Positions 39,144-53,531 of a stretch of DNA of 64,000 nt are shown in pieces (the stretch's first letter is position 1; the number at the start of each line of letters is the position of its first letter). The DNA lies in assembly GCA_964016885.1 (NCBI GenBank), contig OZ024742.1, forward strand, positions 256,494,001-256,558,000, read 5' to 3'. The position numbers and the translations under genes are program-made. The notes under the pieces are model-generated. The model had not been told where the DNA came from, did no database searches, and was given only the letters and a program-made list of their open reading frames with translations. The stretch comes from Eledone cirrhosa. Taxonomy: Eukaryota.

Positions 39144-39700
39144 TTAAGACCTAGGGTGGATGAATCTACATCCCATCCCTGTCTCTCCATGCCAGCATGT
39201 ACCGTTCTTGAAAAACTTGCACATTACTTGGGTTTTTTTTGCTCCCAGTGTCTCGGTGCTTTCTGTTCTTCCTTTGAACAGTTGTCCACTGGTCCCTCTG
39301 CGCTTGGTTCTCCTTCGGAAGGTGAGTTCGCTTTTCACCTTTGCCCTTTGCTCATCGGTTGCCCGGCCTGCCCTCCCTGCCTGTGGCGGAGGGTATATCA
39401 TTTCCTTTCAGGTCCGTGCTTGTGCTCTCCTCCTTTTCTTTTTCCTTTTCCTTCTCTTTCTCCTCATCCCTCTCTTCGGTTTTCTCCTCCCTGAGGACAT
39501 GGCTTAGCATCGCCATGTGGGCGCTATGAGGACATACGCCTTCTCAATTTCTTTTCTCTTTCTCTCTATCTGTGCCAGGGTCCTCGGAAACCCATGGCTT
39601 TTCAGGTTCTCCGCCATCTTTTTGCTTGGTGGAGAGCCATCAGCCATGATCCACCCCTTGATCAAAACCGCTAGTTCCATCTTTGACCAGTTTCGCTGAC
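39144..39700 (-). pseudogene. LINE ORF1 remnant with CCCH zinc finger
   Basis: CKFFKNGTCWHGETGMGCRFIHP, preceded by basic/coiled-coil-like sequence with frameshifts. Confidence 0.6.
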
Positions 39701-40770
39701 TCCTAATTTCACCTTTTTCCCGTATGCAGTCTATTTCGCTGTGGAGGGGAGAAAGATAGACAGTGGGAAGTGTAGGGTAGAGGTTAGAGAGGGACAGAGG
39801 GAAGGAGGTAGATATAAGTCCAGTGAGATATTGAAGGAGCGATCTAGAGGAAAATAGAGAGAGAGAGCTTGTGCGATCCAGAGAGAGAGAAAAAGAAACA
39901 GAAGAAAAGGGGAGAGAGACAGAAAAGAGGACAGAGAGAGATAGCAGGAAGAGCGGGGGGAAGGTCAGAGAGAGGGAGAGGAGATAGATATGTCCGGTGA
40001 GAAATTCAAGGTGCGATTTAGAGAGAGAGAGAGAGGGAGAGAGCTCGTGTATCTAGGGAGAGAGAGAGAGAGAGAGAGAGTAAGGAAGGAGAGAGATAGA
40101 GACAGCGTGAGGAAGAGCAGTTCATGGAGTAAAAATAATAATAATAATAATAAATTTTAAATTAAATGAATGGATGGATGGAAGAAACCGAATGAAACAA
40201 AACAAACCGAAAATGTTAAAGATATAGAAACACGATGTAAGTTGTATATAAGTTGAATTTAAATTTTTGTTTACAATATAAATAACGGGAACCGCATAGA
40301 TTGACCGTAGTTATTGTAATATCAATATATCAAACAAGAAAACAAGAAACAACAAACACACATGCTCACCGAGTCAAAAACAAATAAATAAATTAAATTA
40401 TATTAAATTAAATTATGTTACTCAGAAAAATCAAAATAATACAAGATCTACTTAAGTTAAATTAAAATTAAATTTCGTATCTGTACGGTAGTAAAAAAAA
40501 GAGAAAGCACGTGTGTGTGTTGTCTCCTATGAGGGTATCACACGGCGAAAATAAACATGTTTAAAACGCTAATATATGTAAAATATATTTCAAAATAATT
40601 GCGTCAAAGCACAAACACTTATCTTTTTTGTATGTTTTCCTTGTCTTCTGAAAATTAAAGCCATACATAAATCCGATTACTGTCGATTTAAAATATTAAA
40701 ATTTCAAATCTGGACGTTCTACAATTCACGTCCTATTCCAACAAGTTGCAAACCTATATATATATTTTTT

Positions 40771-40817
<47 letters not shown>

Positions 40818-40830
40818 ATATATATTTTTT

Positions 40831-40956
<126 letters not shown>

Positions 40957-41065
40957 TTGTATATATATATATATATTTTTTTTTTTGTATATATATATGT
41001 ATATATATGTTTGTATAAATATATATATATATGTTTGTGTATATATATATATAAATATATATGTT

Positions 41066-41099
<34 letters not shown>

Positions 41100-41163
41100 A
41101 AAGAATAGAGGTGTAACACACGAGTTGTGATATATTGGTTAAAGGTTATATCACAAGGATATA

Positions 41164-41213
<50 letters not shown>

Positions 41214-41727
41214 TGGAAATGAAGAATATTCTCGGTAAAGTAAATATAAATGAAGTACATATTCTCATCATATATAGAGAACTTTTAAAAAGCTGTATAT
41301 AAACACTGCGGAATTTCTAAAATAATATGAGACAATTGGAACGTCTTGGGAAGTCTGAACATCCACTACCATCATTAATACCAGCAAAGCAGCCACTTAC
41401 ATCAAAGACTTCAGACGTTTCTTCTGCGGGACCTGAAATATTCCAAGTTTTATAGAAAAAATAAAAAATGTAGAATTAATTAAATTTATAATTATTTTCT
41501 TATGATCAATATATAAAATAGCAGAAAAAAAAAAGAAAAAAAAAATCTACCCTTGACACAAAATTGCATTCTATTGGTTTTAATGTTTATGTACTGAATT
41601 CAAATTCCGTCGATGTCAACAAGGCATTTAATGCATACGATGCCGATGATTCAAAGTAGCAATCATGTACTGGGGTCGATATAATATAATATCCGTTTTC
41701 CCTCATATTAATTTGCTTGCGCTTAAG

Positions 41728-42270
41728 GGCGGTTTATTGGCAGTATCCGTAGAGAGTCGAAGGCCATGTTTTGCAACATAGAGTTACGGCCCATTATGAT
41801 CTGAGTTGAAATCCACCCGATGTTGACTTTGCCTTTCATCTTTACGGGGTCGATAAAATAAAGTATCAGTCAGGCATTGGGGTCGATTTATTCGGCTTTC
41901 CCCTTCCCCAGAATTGCTGGCCTTGTGCCTATATAAGAAACCATTATTGATTGGCAGTATCGGTCGAGAGTCGGACACCATGCTTTGAAGCATAGATTTC
42001 CGTCCCTCTATGATCTAAGTTCAAATCCCGCCGAGGTTAACTTTGCCTTTCATCTTTACTGGGTCGATAAAATAAAGTACCAGTAATGTACTGTGTAATT
42101 GATGGTCTTGTGCCTAAAATAGAAACAATTATTACCATTATTAGGGTGGTGGATTGGCAATACCGATAGAGGGTCGAACCTCATGCCTTGTGCCAAAATA
42201 AGAAACAATTATCAAGGCGGTTGATTTAAAGTATCCGTAGAGGGCCAAACAACATGCTTTGTAGAATATG
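41728..42270 (+). mobile_element. Tandem cluster of family-A SINE copies
   Basis: At least four heads (g)attggcagtatc..agag.gtcg. Two copies carry the full core. Confidence 0.8.
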
Positions 42271-43456
42271 CTGTGATTTGAACACAGATCACAGTATCAG
42301 TTATTACAAGGTATCTTCCCTAACTCTTTAACAATATCGACAAATCAACACTCCTATATTGGTAGTTGATATATTGACATTGAAAGGATGAAATGGGTGG
42401 TGGTTTTGGTTGGATTTACCACCAGAGTGCGAACATATTTCTTCTTCTTCTTCTTCTTAGGACGAGGATGAGGAACGTTCCAATTAAGAAGATAATAATG
42501 TGTCACTGCATGTTATAGTATATGTCTCTAATACTTGAGTGAACCTACGTCACATTAGAGTATGAGCCTTCAACATGTTCAATTAATGAAACAGCTTCCT
42601 CATAAAATAAACGTGTAAGTGACTGAACATTCCACAGACATTTGTATCTTCAAAATAATTATCATGGAAATGATTCAACATGGCAGACAACGATAAGCAA
42701 CAACCACTGTCCATCTGACGATTTTTCACGGAAGTTACCTGGCTTCCCAAACCTTTTTTACTTCAGAGGCCTCTTTCATTAGCAAACATGTTCCACACCC
42801 ACCTCTATGGTAAATACTTACAAACATATCCAAAATGATTTGGTAGAAATGTGTTATGTGTTCGTTAGTTTAGTCCCATTAAGCTTTCTGATTATTTTTA
42901 TACAGGTTCTTGCATAGCTCTTTCGTAAACGTTTTCTTCTGGTAGCATATGTTGAAATACATTCTTAATAATCAAAATTCTATATTATTTTCTAACATTT
43001 CCAAGACAGTTCAAATAGCTCAGGCTGGGAGACCCTAGTCTACACAATTTTACCCAAGTGACATGCATTGACAAGCAAATATGATAAATGGCTTTTCGCC
43101 TTGATGTCATATTCTCAGATCAAACCCGGGACGTAATGATTAAGGGGCGAATATCGCATCTCAAGGAAAACCGTTGCATTACATATATCTAAATGTCAAT
43201 ATACAAAAACAAATACTAGTTGATTTGAAATTTATAGGTATGTCTTCATATTGACGTTGGCACTTGTTCACGCACTTGGTCACACAACCATATAGGCATT
43301 GTTTCCGAAGAAGGCGGTATGCTCGAATCCATATATTATGTCTGATAGTATACAATTCTCTAACTGCTATAGAACAGTCAATATATTGATATGATCAACC
43401 CTACGAAACGATCGTAAAACAATGAATGAGATATGTAAAATAACTTCTCTTTGTTC

Positions 43457-43457
43457 G

Positions 43458-43488
<31 letters not shown>

Positions 43489-45453
43489 TTTACGTCCGCT
43501 TTTCCCTGCTTGCAAGCGTTAAACGGGTCCTATTCAGCACAGCATCTCTCCACTTGTTACGGTCCTTCGTCATCTCCTCAGTCAGTTTCAGCGATCTGGG
43601 GTCTGCTCTCACCACCTCCAACCATGTTTTTCGTGTTCTACCTCTACTGCGTCTTCCTTCTACTGGGATTTATTGGCACGTATTTACCCAGCAGTCACCC
43701 TCCATGCGAATCACATGTCCATACCATCTCAGCCGTCTCTTCTGCACACCACAACATATCCCTCTCATACCCAGTTTCTTTCTCAACTCGTCTATGCTTT
43801 GTCGTCCACGCACATTGACATTGCACATCCAACGGAGCATACTTGCTTCATTTCTCTCCAGCCGTCGCATATCCTCTGCAGTTGCTGTCCATGTCTCACT
43901 ACCATGCAGCATCGCGCATCTCACACATAACCGTCCTTTGGTACGCAGGGAGAAACCTTTCTTTCTCAACAGAGGAAGCAGCTCCCTAAACTTCTTCCAA
44001 CCCGTCCTTATTCTAGATACTATAGCCTCAGACCCCCCCCCCCTCCCATGCTAATCTGATCACCTAGGTACCGGAAGATAACAACCACGTCTATAGAACC
44101 TACTTGCATTGGAAAAGTGTGTCTATCACTCCGATTACTACTGCCAAATTTCCCTGTACATCTAGTGCATACGTAGTTTTCCCTACCTGTTAGTTTGCCT
44201 GCTATCCCACTACATCTCTTGTGTACCCAAGATCTGCATTGCGTACATTTAATGGAATTTATTCCAGTTCCTTTCCTGCATATCGAACATGGCCATTTTC
44301 CTGATGGAAGTGGAGTATTGTCCTCCCTTCTACTTGTAAACACTTTTGTCTTAGCTATGTTCACTCTTTCCTCTTGATTCAAACTGCTGTGTCCATAGCC
44401 AGAACTTATTCCCTAGCTCCTCTACTGATTCTGCTATAAGAAACAGATCATCAGCTTAGAGATGTTCCATGGGCATCCAGTCTTAAACTCCTCTGTTATG
44501 GCTTGGAGAGCTAAAATGAACAAGAGCGGGCTGAGGACTGAACACTGATATACACCTACTTATATCTGGAATTCCAAACTAAACACCATACCTACTCTCA
44601 CTTTACTAACAGCACCCGTGTACATAGCTTGCACTGTCCTCATAAGCCATTCCTCTACACCTAGTTTCCTGCATCTGTTGTACTTTTCCGAGGCACAAAA
44701 CCAAACTGCATCTCATCTAATTTGACCCTTTCTCTAATCGGTTGCGCTAATATTCTCTCTGCCACTTTCATAACCTGATCCATCAGCTTTATGCCCCTAT
44801 AATTACTCCTCTCTAGAGCATCCCCTTTACTTTGTAGCAATTTACGAGAATACTGCTGCACCTGTCTTTGGGTATGACACCACCATATATAACTTGATTG
44901 ATGATGCGTGCAGCAGCTGTGCCCGACGGTCCAGCGGCCTTACCATTCTTCATTTCTTTAATTGCCTCTTGTACCCTATATTCGTCAATCTCAATAGCTG
45001 GTCCGTCTGTTGGGTATACTGGGGGTGATTTCTCTCTATCCCATTCGTTCTCTCCATTCATTAGTTTCTCATAGTGATATTTACAGGCCTTCTTTTTTTT
45101 ATCATTTGTGACACTAACTTCATCGGCATCATTCCGGACACACTTATCTCCAACAACATCCTGATTTGCACTGAGACACTGCCTTGCAATGCAGAACAAC
45201 GCACGTATCTGATCTTCGCGTCGCAGAACATTGGCAACCTGCTACTCTCAGCCTCCCGGCGTGCTAAGTACACCTGACGTATAGCTTCTCTCTTAGTGGC
45301 TGTGTATCCTTTCCTACTCCCACCATTTTTCCAAGCCTTCCATGCCAGTCTTTTGTCTCTAATGGCCCTATCTACCGTGCTGTTCCACCACCAGGTCACT
45401 CTCTGTCTGGTTGAAGCTCCGCCCCAACCACAAATTTCTTCAGTAGCCTGCAG
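43457..45453 (-). mobile_element. 5'-truncated, frameshifted RTE-clade LINE
   Basis: TWWWN, KAAGPSG, NYRGIKL, QFGFVP..STTDA, MLHGSETW and RLRWYGHV, with a (GAT)n 3' tail at 43457-43488. Confidence 0.88.
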
Positions 45454-45695
45454 TTGTTAAATAAAATAATATGATATATATATATATATGTGTCTGTGTA
45501 TGCGCGTGTGTGCGTGCGTGTATGTATGTGTTCGTGTGTGTGTGTGGGGGGGGGGGGTTAATTATATACACACACATAAATATTGTGCGAAATATATACG
45601 TAATTTTTATCAAATTTTACAGAATTCGAAAATCCAAGTGGTATTGATTAATACTTGCATTGGGGAACATTTATCGTGATATAATTTTGTTTTAC

Positions 45696-46578
45696 CAGAA
45701 TGATCTGACTCAATTAACGCTCAACTCTAGACGTGTTGCATTTATGGCACACAATGATTTATGAGTTCTAAAATGGAAACAGTGCAGCAGAAGCAACCTG
45801 AAATATCCATTTTCTTTATGGGGGAGAATGCTTGAAGAAAAACATTTGAAGGAATTGTTTGCAAAGTTTAAAAATGGGGATTAGAGTCTATGAGATGAGA
45901 ATGTCCTGTTGAATTTAATGATTAGCCTCTTTTGTCAGAACTTGAGAAGGATAATTCTGTGACATTTGAGGAAGGTTGGTTCATCATGGGCGCGCAAACA
46001 GGAGATTAGTAGTGAAGAACTGGTTAAACCACTACGCAAAATAGGTCCTTCTCTCTGTTTTGGGAGATTGCATTGTAGTCATCCACTTTGAGCTGCTACC
46101 AACTAATGGAACAATTATTGCTCAAAAGTATTGCTAATAACTAGAACGTTTGGATGCTGCTTTGAAGAAAAAAGTTCCTGCTATGGCGAATCATGAGGGA
46201 GTGGCGTTTCATCATGATAATGCAAGGCCAAATACTGCAAATATCACTTCGGAGAACTTAGTTGGGGAAAAAATCCCTCGTCCACCATATTCTCCGGAAC
46301 TTGCTCCTTCTGATTACTATTGTTTCGAAGCTTACAGAATCATTTATATGGACTTGTGATTAAGGGTGCAAAAGTGGTCGAAACTGACCTCTCTTCCTTC
46401 TTTCCTCAAAACCCAAAGGGTTTTCCATCAATGGAATTAAAACAGTTGATGAGTAGATGGAGGGATGTCATAGTTAATGATGGGAATTATATAGAGGAAT
46501 CATTTTTAATAACATATGAAATTTGAAGACTTATTTTTCTGGCCGAAATTACGGACATTACTTATGGGTTAACGTAAT
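45696..46578 (+). pseudogene. Decayed mariner (Tc1/mariner) transposase with right TIR remnant
   Basis: MIYEF.NGNSAAEA, FHHDNARP and PPYSPELAPSDYY; ends ttacttatgggttaacgtaata. Confidence 0.85.
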
Positions 46579-46756
46579 ATAATCTCCAAATTGGCTGATT
46601 GAATACGTTCGTATGTTCTTTTTTGCTGAGCTTTCTTTCCCCAATTCCCCCATCCCTTCCATTTCTCAAACTTTTTCTGCTATTTCAAGCGTTAATCTAA
46701 TATATGGTTTCAATGTAGTGTGCCGATTCCTTTGTTATTTCTGTCAACAGTTTGCA

Positions 46757-46960
<204 letters not shown>

Positions 46961-46967
46961 CGTGTCT

Positions 46968-47370
46968 GTATAAGAGCATCGTACTGACGACAGTGCTTTA
47001 CGCGAGCGAAACTTGGAAGGGCACGGCAAAGATAGAGAGACAGCTGAACGGTTTCCACCAACGGTGCCTTCTTCGAATGATCCTTCGTGTGTCGTGGCGA
47101 CACCATGTGCGAAACGAGGAAATTCTGCGGTGAGCAGAGTCGGGGACGGTACAGAGGATGGTCGCCTGGCACAGCGATGGACTGGATTCCACCTCGCAGT
47201 AAATAGAACCGGGCTTGCCCCAAGATCACCTGGCGAAAAACGTTCCGAAAAGACCTGATAGTAGCCAACATAATTGGGCACGAACGCGAAAAAATGCCGC
47301 TGATCCTGACGGTTGGCGAGTACTTACTGCTTGATGCGCCGAACGATGCGGAAGAACCAAGACTGAGATA
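46968..47370 (+). mobile_element. RTE LINE 3' fragment
   Basis: SIVLTTVLYASETW..LNGFHQRCL.RILRVSWRHHVRNEEILR. Confidence 0.75.
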
Positions 47371-47625
47371 TATATATATATCACAATAAATTAACGGAGC
47401 CATAGACTCTCGCTATTCCCTGTCAATAATGTGCTCAAAGGACAAGGAATCCTGAGCTCTTTAAAATACAATATGTTCAAAAGGTAACACACTAGGTTTT
47501 TCCCTGTTTTATTGATGGCGCACTATCTCTCTCTAGTGTGTTACCTTTTCAACATATTGTATATATATATATGTACATATAGGTATATGTATATTTATTC
47601 ATATATATATATATATATATATATA

Positions 47626-47717
<92 letters not shown>

Positions 47718-47729
47718 TATATATATATA

Positions 47730-47827
<98 letters not shown>

Positions 47828-47837
47828 TATATATATA

Positions 47838-47869
<32 letters not shown>

Positions 47870-47881
47870 CATATATATATA

Positions 47882-47945
<64 letters not shown>

Positions 47946-50873
47946 TATATATATATATATATATTCCTACATATATATGTTGTTTATTTCTTCGTTGAGG
48001 TAGTGTAAACAATTGAATAGATTGCAGTTTGTAATTACATATTACAATAACTGTATAACTTGAGTTACCTCAACATGAAAGTATTGTAATGATAATCCAC
48101 TGTATATGTCGATTGTATAATATAATAATATTAAATGTCAGAGCCGTTAGGAATATTTAATGTCACTGACATTCTGAAATCTTTTATTTGCTGACAGAAT
48201 GTTACATATAGTTTACAGGAATATCCCATTTGTTCTCAGCTAAAATATTTTGCTCTTTTGTTCTTGGTTTGTTTGTGAACCAATTATGTATTGATAGCCA
48301 TGGGATTAGCTTTGCAATTATTAGGCACCGTGTTTCATTCGACTCCTCTACTTTTTTACTCTTTTCCTTTTTCCAGTCATCCGGCTGAGGCCATGCAGGG
48401 GCACTGACCTTCACTGCGTAGCATTTGGGTAACTCTCCTTCAACCTAGCCATTGGTTTACCAATATTCTGTGAATGAAATTTAGTTGAATGTATCTCATT
48501 GGTTCACTGTTTAACGACCGTACCTGCAATTCAAAGTGTCAGACTAGTCACACACTATGGCACGCTGAATGTCTTCATCTTATACTTTAAAACAAAACCA
48601 TTTGTCTGTGGAATTCTTAATAATTTTCATATTAATTATATCAGCAGGCTCTTCCATTGATCGAAAAACTGGAACATAATTCACTTAAATGACTGAGGTT
48701 CATCGATTCATTGACTCTTTGTATATTTTATTCCATCGAAGGTGAGTGCGTTAGTATTTAAAGTGTTCAGTTTCGTTTTGAAATGTAAGTTTGATACGAA
48801 CCGGTGCATTTGATTCCAACCGGTGCACCACACTGATTTTCACATTACTCCACAGCACTAAGCTAGAGAAAAATGAGATTTAACGGTGAGTCAATGACTC
48901 AGCTTTGTTACACAGTGTGTTATGCTGAATCTCTTAGAGAAATCCATTAAATGTTTACCTGTTTCTGAAATACCCAGACACTTCTGCTTAAATTTCACGA
49001 GCAAATTGTTCCCCTGTTTGAATAACTGGAACACTCATCGTCGGAACCGACGAAAGTCCCACACACATGTTTTCTCTTATTTTAGAAAATGCTGAAAACT
49101 ATAATAAATATTTTTAAAATGTCTGAAGTGAATTCATGATGCTATTTTAATATGTTGTTACTATTTTCGTTTCACTATTGAACGGAAAATTTAACTTATT
49201 TTGGATGTTTCGATAATTATCTATGCTCTCGAGTCTTTGATATATATATATATTATGATAATGTTTGGAAATCTAATTCAATTAAAGACACTGATATATG
49301 TATGCTATTGTGTGAAATTTCAAAAGACAAAGTGAGGTAGGTTAAAAATTATGGAATATAATAAAGTTTGTTTCAGAAACACATAAACAGAAGCTTCTGT
49401 AAGTTTTGGAGCCATTAGTCAACACTTCATCGTTGTGCATAAATATTTAGAATACTGCTTCCATGTAGACATTATTGACACCACACTGTCGGATAAATGT
49501 TTAACGTTTCATATGACTGTTCATATTGCTGTATGAGCATGGGATTAAGCAGCACCTTTAAGGAATTTATAGTTAAGGCAAAACATTGACAACAATTTTA
49601 GGGTGTCAGATTAAATACCTCATTTATGTTTCCCGGCTAACTGCATTCTGAGCTACAATATCATCCATGTCAAACTTACATGTCATCCTTTCGGGGCTGA
49701 TAAATTATTCGTCTGTCCAGATAGATGGATTAGTAGAGTTGGTATTAGTCTATCTCTGATTAAGTTGTGTGTAATTTGAGGTCCAATTTGACCTCTTTCT
49801 TCCAGGAGTTATGGTCGTCAGATGGTATCAGTTATAGAAAGACCATTGGAATCAATGTAAACTTGGCCCGATCTACGATCGTTTATCTTCATTCGCCTGG
49901 AGCTGTGCCACAAGTATAGCAATGAAAATACCAAATTAAACATTCTTTCATTTGACCCATGTAATACTCGGTATCTTACTTTTACAAAGCTATATGTCAC
50001 TATATCCATATTTATGTATTTTGACCTGAAACAGCTCATTGACACTTCAAACCAGATCTATGAATAGTAGAAAGATTCTAATTAATAATGCACAATGTTA
50101 TTTCTCCCTCTGGTATACACAATACGTGCTTCGTAGCGATTGTTAAATTCAAGAACGCATTTGTTTTATGTATGCCTCAGGATAAATTAAGAGTTTGACT
50201 TGCCGCATCCTGCAATATATATCATACATGGAGAATGTTATAAATATTTAATACAAACTGCACTCTGTACAATGTTTTCAAATACTACTGCAAACTACAA
50301 CTCTACATAAATGTTGAGAGAATATGAATATCAATGTAGACTATATTCTGTAATTTAGTAAAACGTAGACATTGGTTTAAAAGGTAAACACAAGCATTGT
50401 AAAATACTGTGCTGTTTGGTAACGATATATAATATTGCATATCGCTATATGGAGTGCTCTGAGCCCCTCTATATAGATCGCATAAAGGTATATTTTGCTT
50501 GTTACCATATCAAGGTTACATCAGTGGATTAACAAACATTATGTAGCATCGGGCGTGCTATTATCGTATATATTCTGAGATCAAATCCCGTCTCGTATTT
50601 CTGGAAAAATCGTGAAAATGTATGAGTGTAACGCGTCATAAAAAATACTAATTAAAGCTTAATACGACGAGCCACCTCATACTCATAAAACGCTAACTGC
50701 AACGACTCCTATGTGATCCAATCAATATTTAATACGTTATGAAACTTGAAACATCCTTAGATACTCAGCAAGTACAATATTATAAACTGTTTTAAATACA
50801 GTAGCTAATAGCAACTCTCTCTCTCACATATATATATACGTTTAGGAATAACCAAAGAGTGCTTAGAAATACA

Positions 50874-51224
50874 TTGTTTTATTTGCTAACAGTGTTTCAT
50901 CCATACCCGAGGGCAGGAATCATGGGAGCTTATGAACAAAAATGTATCAAAGGTTGCAGGCTCCATCGAGCTCTGTCTCCAGAACAAGGATAAAGGACAA
51001 TAGGGGCGCCTCGAGTCCAGCGCTGTATAGAATAACACACACACGTATCATATATTGTGTGTTATTCTATACAGAGCTGGACTCGATACCCTCCTACTTG
51101 TCCTTTATCCTTGTTCTGGAGACACAACCCGATAGAGCCTGCAACCTTTGATATATTTTTGTTCATAAGCTCCGATGATTCCTGCCCTAGGGTATGGATG
51201 AAGCACTATTAGCAAATAAAACAA
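50874..51224. repeat. ~350-bp imperfect hairpin containing degenerate hammerhead copies in both arms
   Basis: 50874-51040 is the reverse complement of 51056-51224. 51169-51213 reads gct CCGATGA ttcc..ggat GAAG cacta tt agc. Confidence 0.75.
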
Positions 51225-51762
51225 AACCGCGAGGTGAACGCGCGACCGCGGCGAGGTGACGGTACGACGAAGTAAGAACCTCTGAAAAGCCAATGAGACG
51301 AACTCAAGCCCTGACCGGAGCGTGGCGACGAAGACGAGAGGCGACGTCGCGGTAAAGCAAAGCGTCGCGTCGTCCTCGCCGTTCGCGCAGAGGAAAAAAG
51401 GCTAGGAGGGAAAGCAAGAAGCGAGGCAAGAGGTAAAAACGCGCCGTCCGCCCCTTGACGCCTAGCGGCAATACGCACATAGCGCTGCGGCCCGACCGTG
51501 CACGCACCGGCGACTAGGGCCGGGAGTGCGAACGGACGACCGAGATCGACGCGCTGCACGCGAACGACGACGACGCAGTCGCCGTGAACGCGCTGGCGAT
51601 GCAGCGCGCTTTCGAGACCCTAATTCCGACTACGAGCTTTTCAAACGCAATATATATATTTATATATATATGTATGTAAAAGGTAAACAGAAATAACAAC
51701 ACAATCGGTACAGTATATGGAAGGTATATATTAGGTTAACACAGGATATGGCAGAAAGAGGG

Positions 51763-51798
51763 TCTTAACGTTTCGGACGCTAGTCCTTCATCAGTAGA
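51763..51798 (-). ncRNA. Minimal hammerhead-like motif
   Basis: Minus strand tcta CTGATGA aggac tagc gtcc GAAAC GTT aaga. Stem I is imperfect. Confidence 0.6.
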
Positions 51799-51892
51799 AA
51801 GAATGAGAACCAAAATAGATTGAGGAGACTGGTGGGTTGGAATTGGAAAAAATGTCTTTAGATAAAAATAACAGGACCATTCATGTTGACAT

Positions 51893-51954
<62 letters not shown>

Positions 51955-53432
51955 CGTGTGTGAGTGTGTGTGTGTGTGTATATATATTCAATAATTCGTA
52001 ATTAAATATACTTAAGAGATAAATATACTTCAAAATACTTGGTGATTCTTACTGCAGTATCATACTGAAAAGAAATCTCAGTATCTACTAAATTAACATA
52101 CATGATGATGAGAACATGACTCTACATAGCAGCTTCTCAAAACTCTTAAGATATTTCGTGTGAACCACCGTAATAGATGTCTATTTTAAAAGGGACAACC
52201 GTCAAGTGGTATATACTTCGCAAGAAACGACGTAATAAGGGAATGTTGGCATGCAAAAAGGGTCGCTATAAATAGCAGTTCGTAGTAATTTATTTTACTC
52301 TAACGTATAGAGTGTAGGAAACAAATAAATGTATATAGATATATATTAAAGACCACATCGGTTACGATAGTTCACTCGAAATCTCTTCGGGCTTTTGAGA
52401 AGATTACCTAAAGAATCCTATTATCTTAATCCTGTATACTAAATTATTAGAATACTGGGATTTCTCTTCAGGACGAAACTGCAGTGAGAATCATAAAGTA
52501 TTTAGAGGTGAATTATATTGTCTTAAGTAATTTATTTTACCCATTATGAAATATATAATGCTGTGTCTAATTGATTAATGCTTTAGCTGATTCATTCATT
52601 GCATAAAAGTGTAATTAATGCATACTTTCATAAGTAACAGCAAGCTTATGCAAATGAATATGTGTATATATATACATATAATAGAATAATCGAGTATCGG
52701 AAAATCAGCTCACGAATTTACGATAAACAAATCCGACATGAGTGGCAGAGGGCTCAATAATTCAGATAAATCAGAGCTATAACTATCGTTAAAATACCAA
52801 CACACAAAGATTATGCCTAAAATCACCCATGCAGCCGAAAAATAACGACCAGGAAGATTCGGGTCACTCAGATAAAATATCAATAAATCAATAATTTATA
52901 TGAATGTAAAAACTTACCCAGACCCACTAGAAAGGTGGTAAATCTAGCTTCTTGGGTTTCTGCAATTCCTTAATCCGCACCCTATCAGCCCACATAAAAA
53001 TATATAAGACTTCTAGGGAGCGGATGGACCGGAACACTTTATCAACGGGTTATGTCCAACGAATAAAGAAATTAACTTTAGCTAGAACGCACATGCAGTC
53101 CAGCAAGGGAGATAACCTCTATATTCGCAAAAAATTATCGGTAATGTGGAAAACACATATCGAATAAGAGTGCTCGATAGACATGTTAAAATAAACGAGC
53201 TATTCATCATTCAATAGAATCGACAAAAAATGAACAATAAAATTAACTGGTCAATAGCTATGTCTATATATATACATATATATATACACGCATTCAAACA
53301 AATATGCATGCATAGAATGTAATAACTGCATGCACATACGTTTCGAGGGAGAAACATAATTCAACATGTCTATAGCCGCTGATGCACTGGCATCTATATT
53401 TGCACACATAGAAAGATGGAAACATATACATG

Positions 53433-53525
<93 letters not shown>

Positions 53526-53531
<6 letters not shown>

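Larger units (their letters stand above)
36156..40120 (-). mobile_element. CR1/L2-group LINE with ORF1 remnant, APE endonuclease and RT; internal deletion
   Basis: 3' tail (AAAAGAGT)n at ~36156-36175 and the ORFs listed below. The 5' boundary in the GA-rich region is approximate. Confidence 0.9.

Noticed and set aside
41401-41432. Possible 32-nt minus-strand micro-exon (cag..gtaagt)
   Set aside because: Weak polypyrimidine tract and no partner exons. Such matches are expected by chance.
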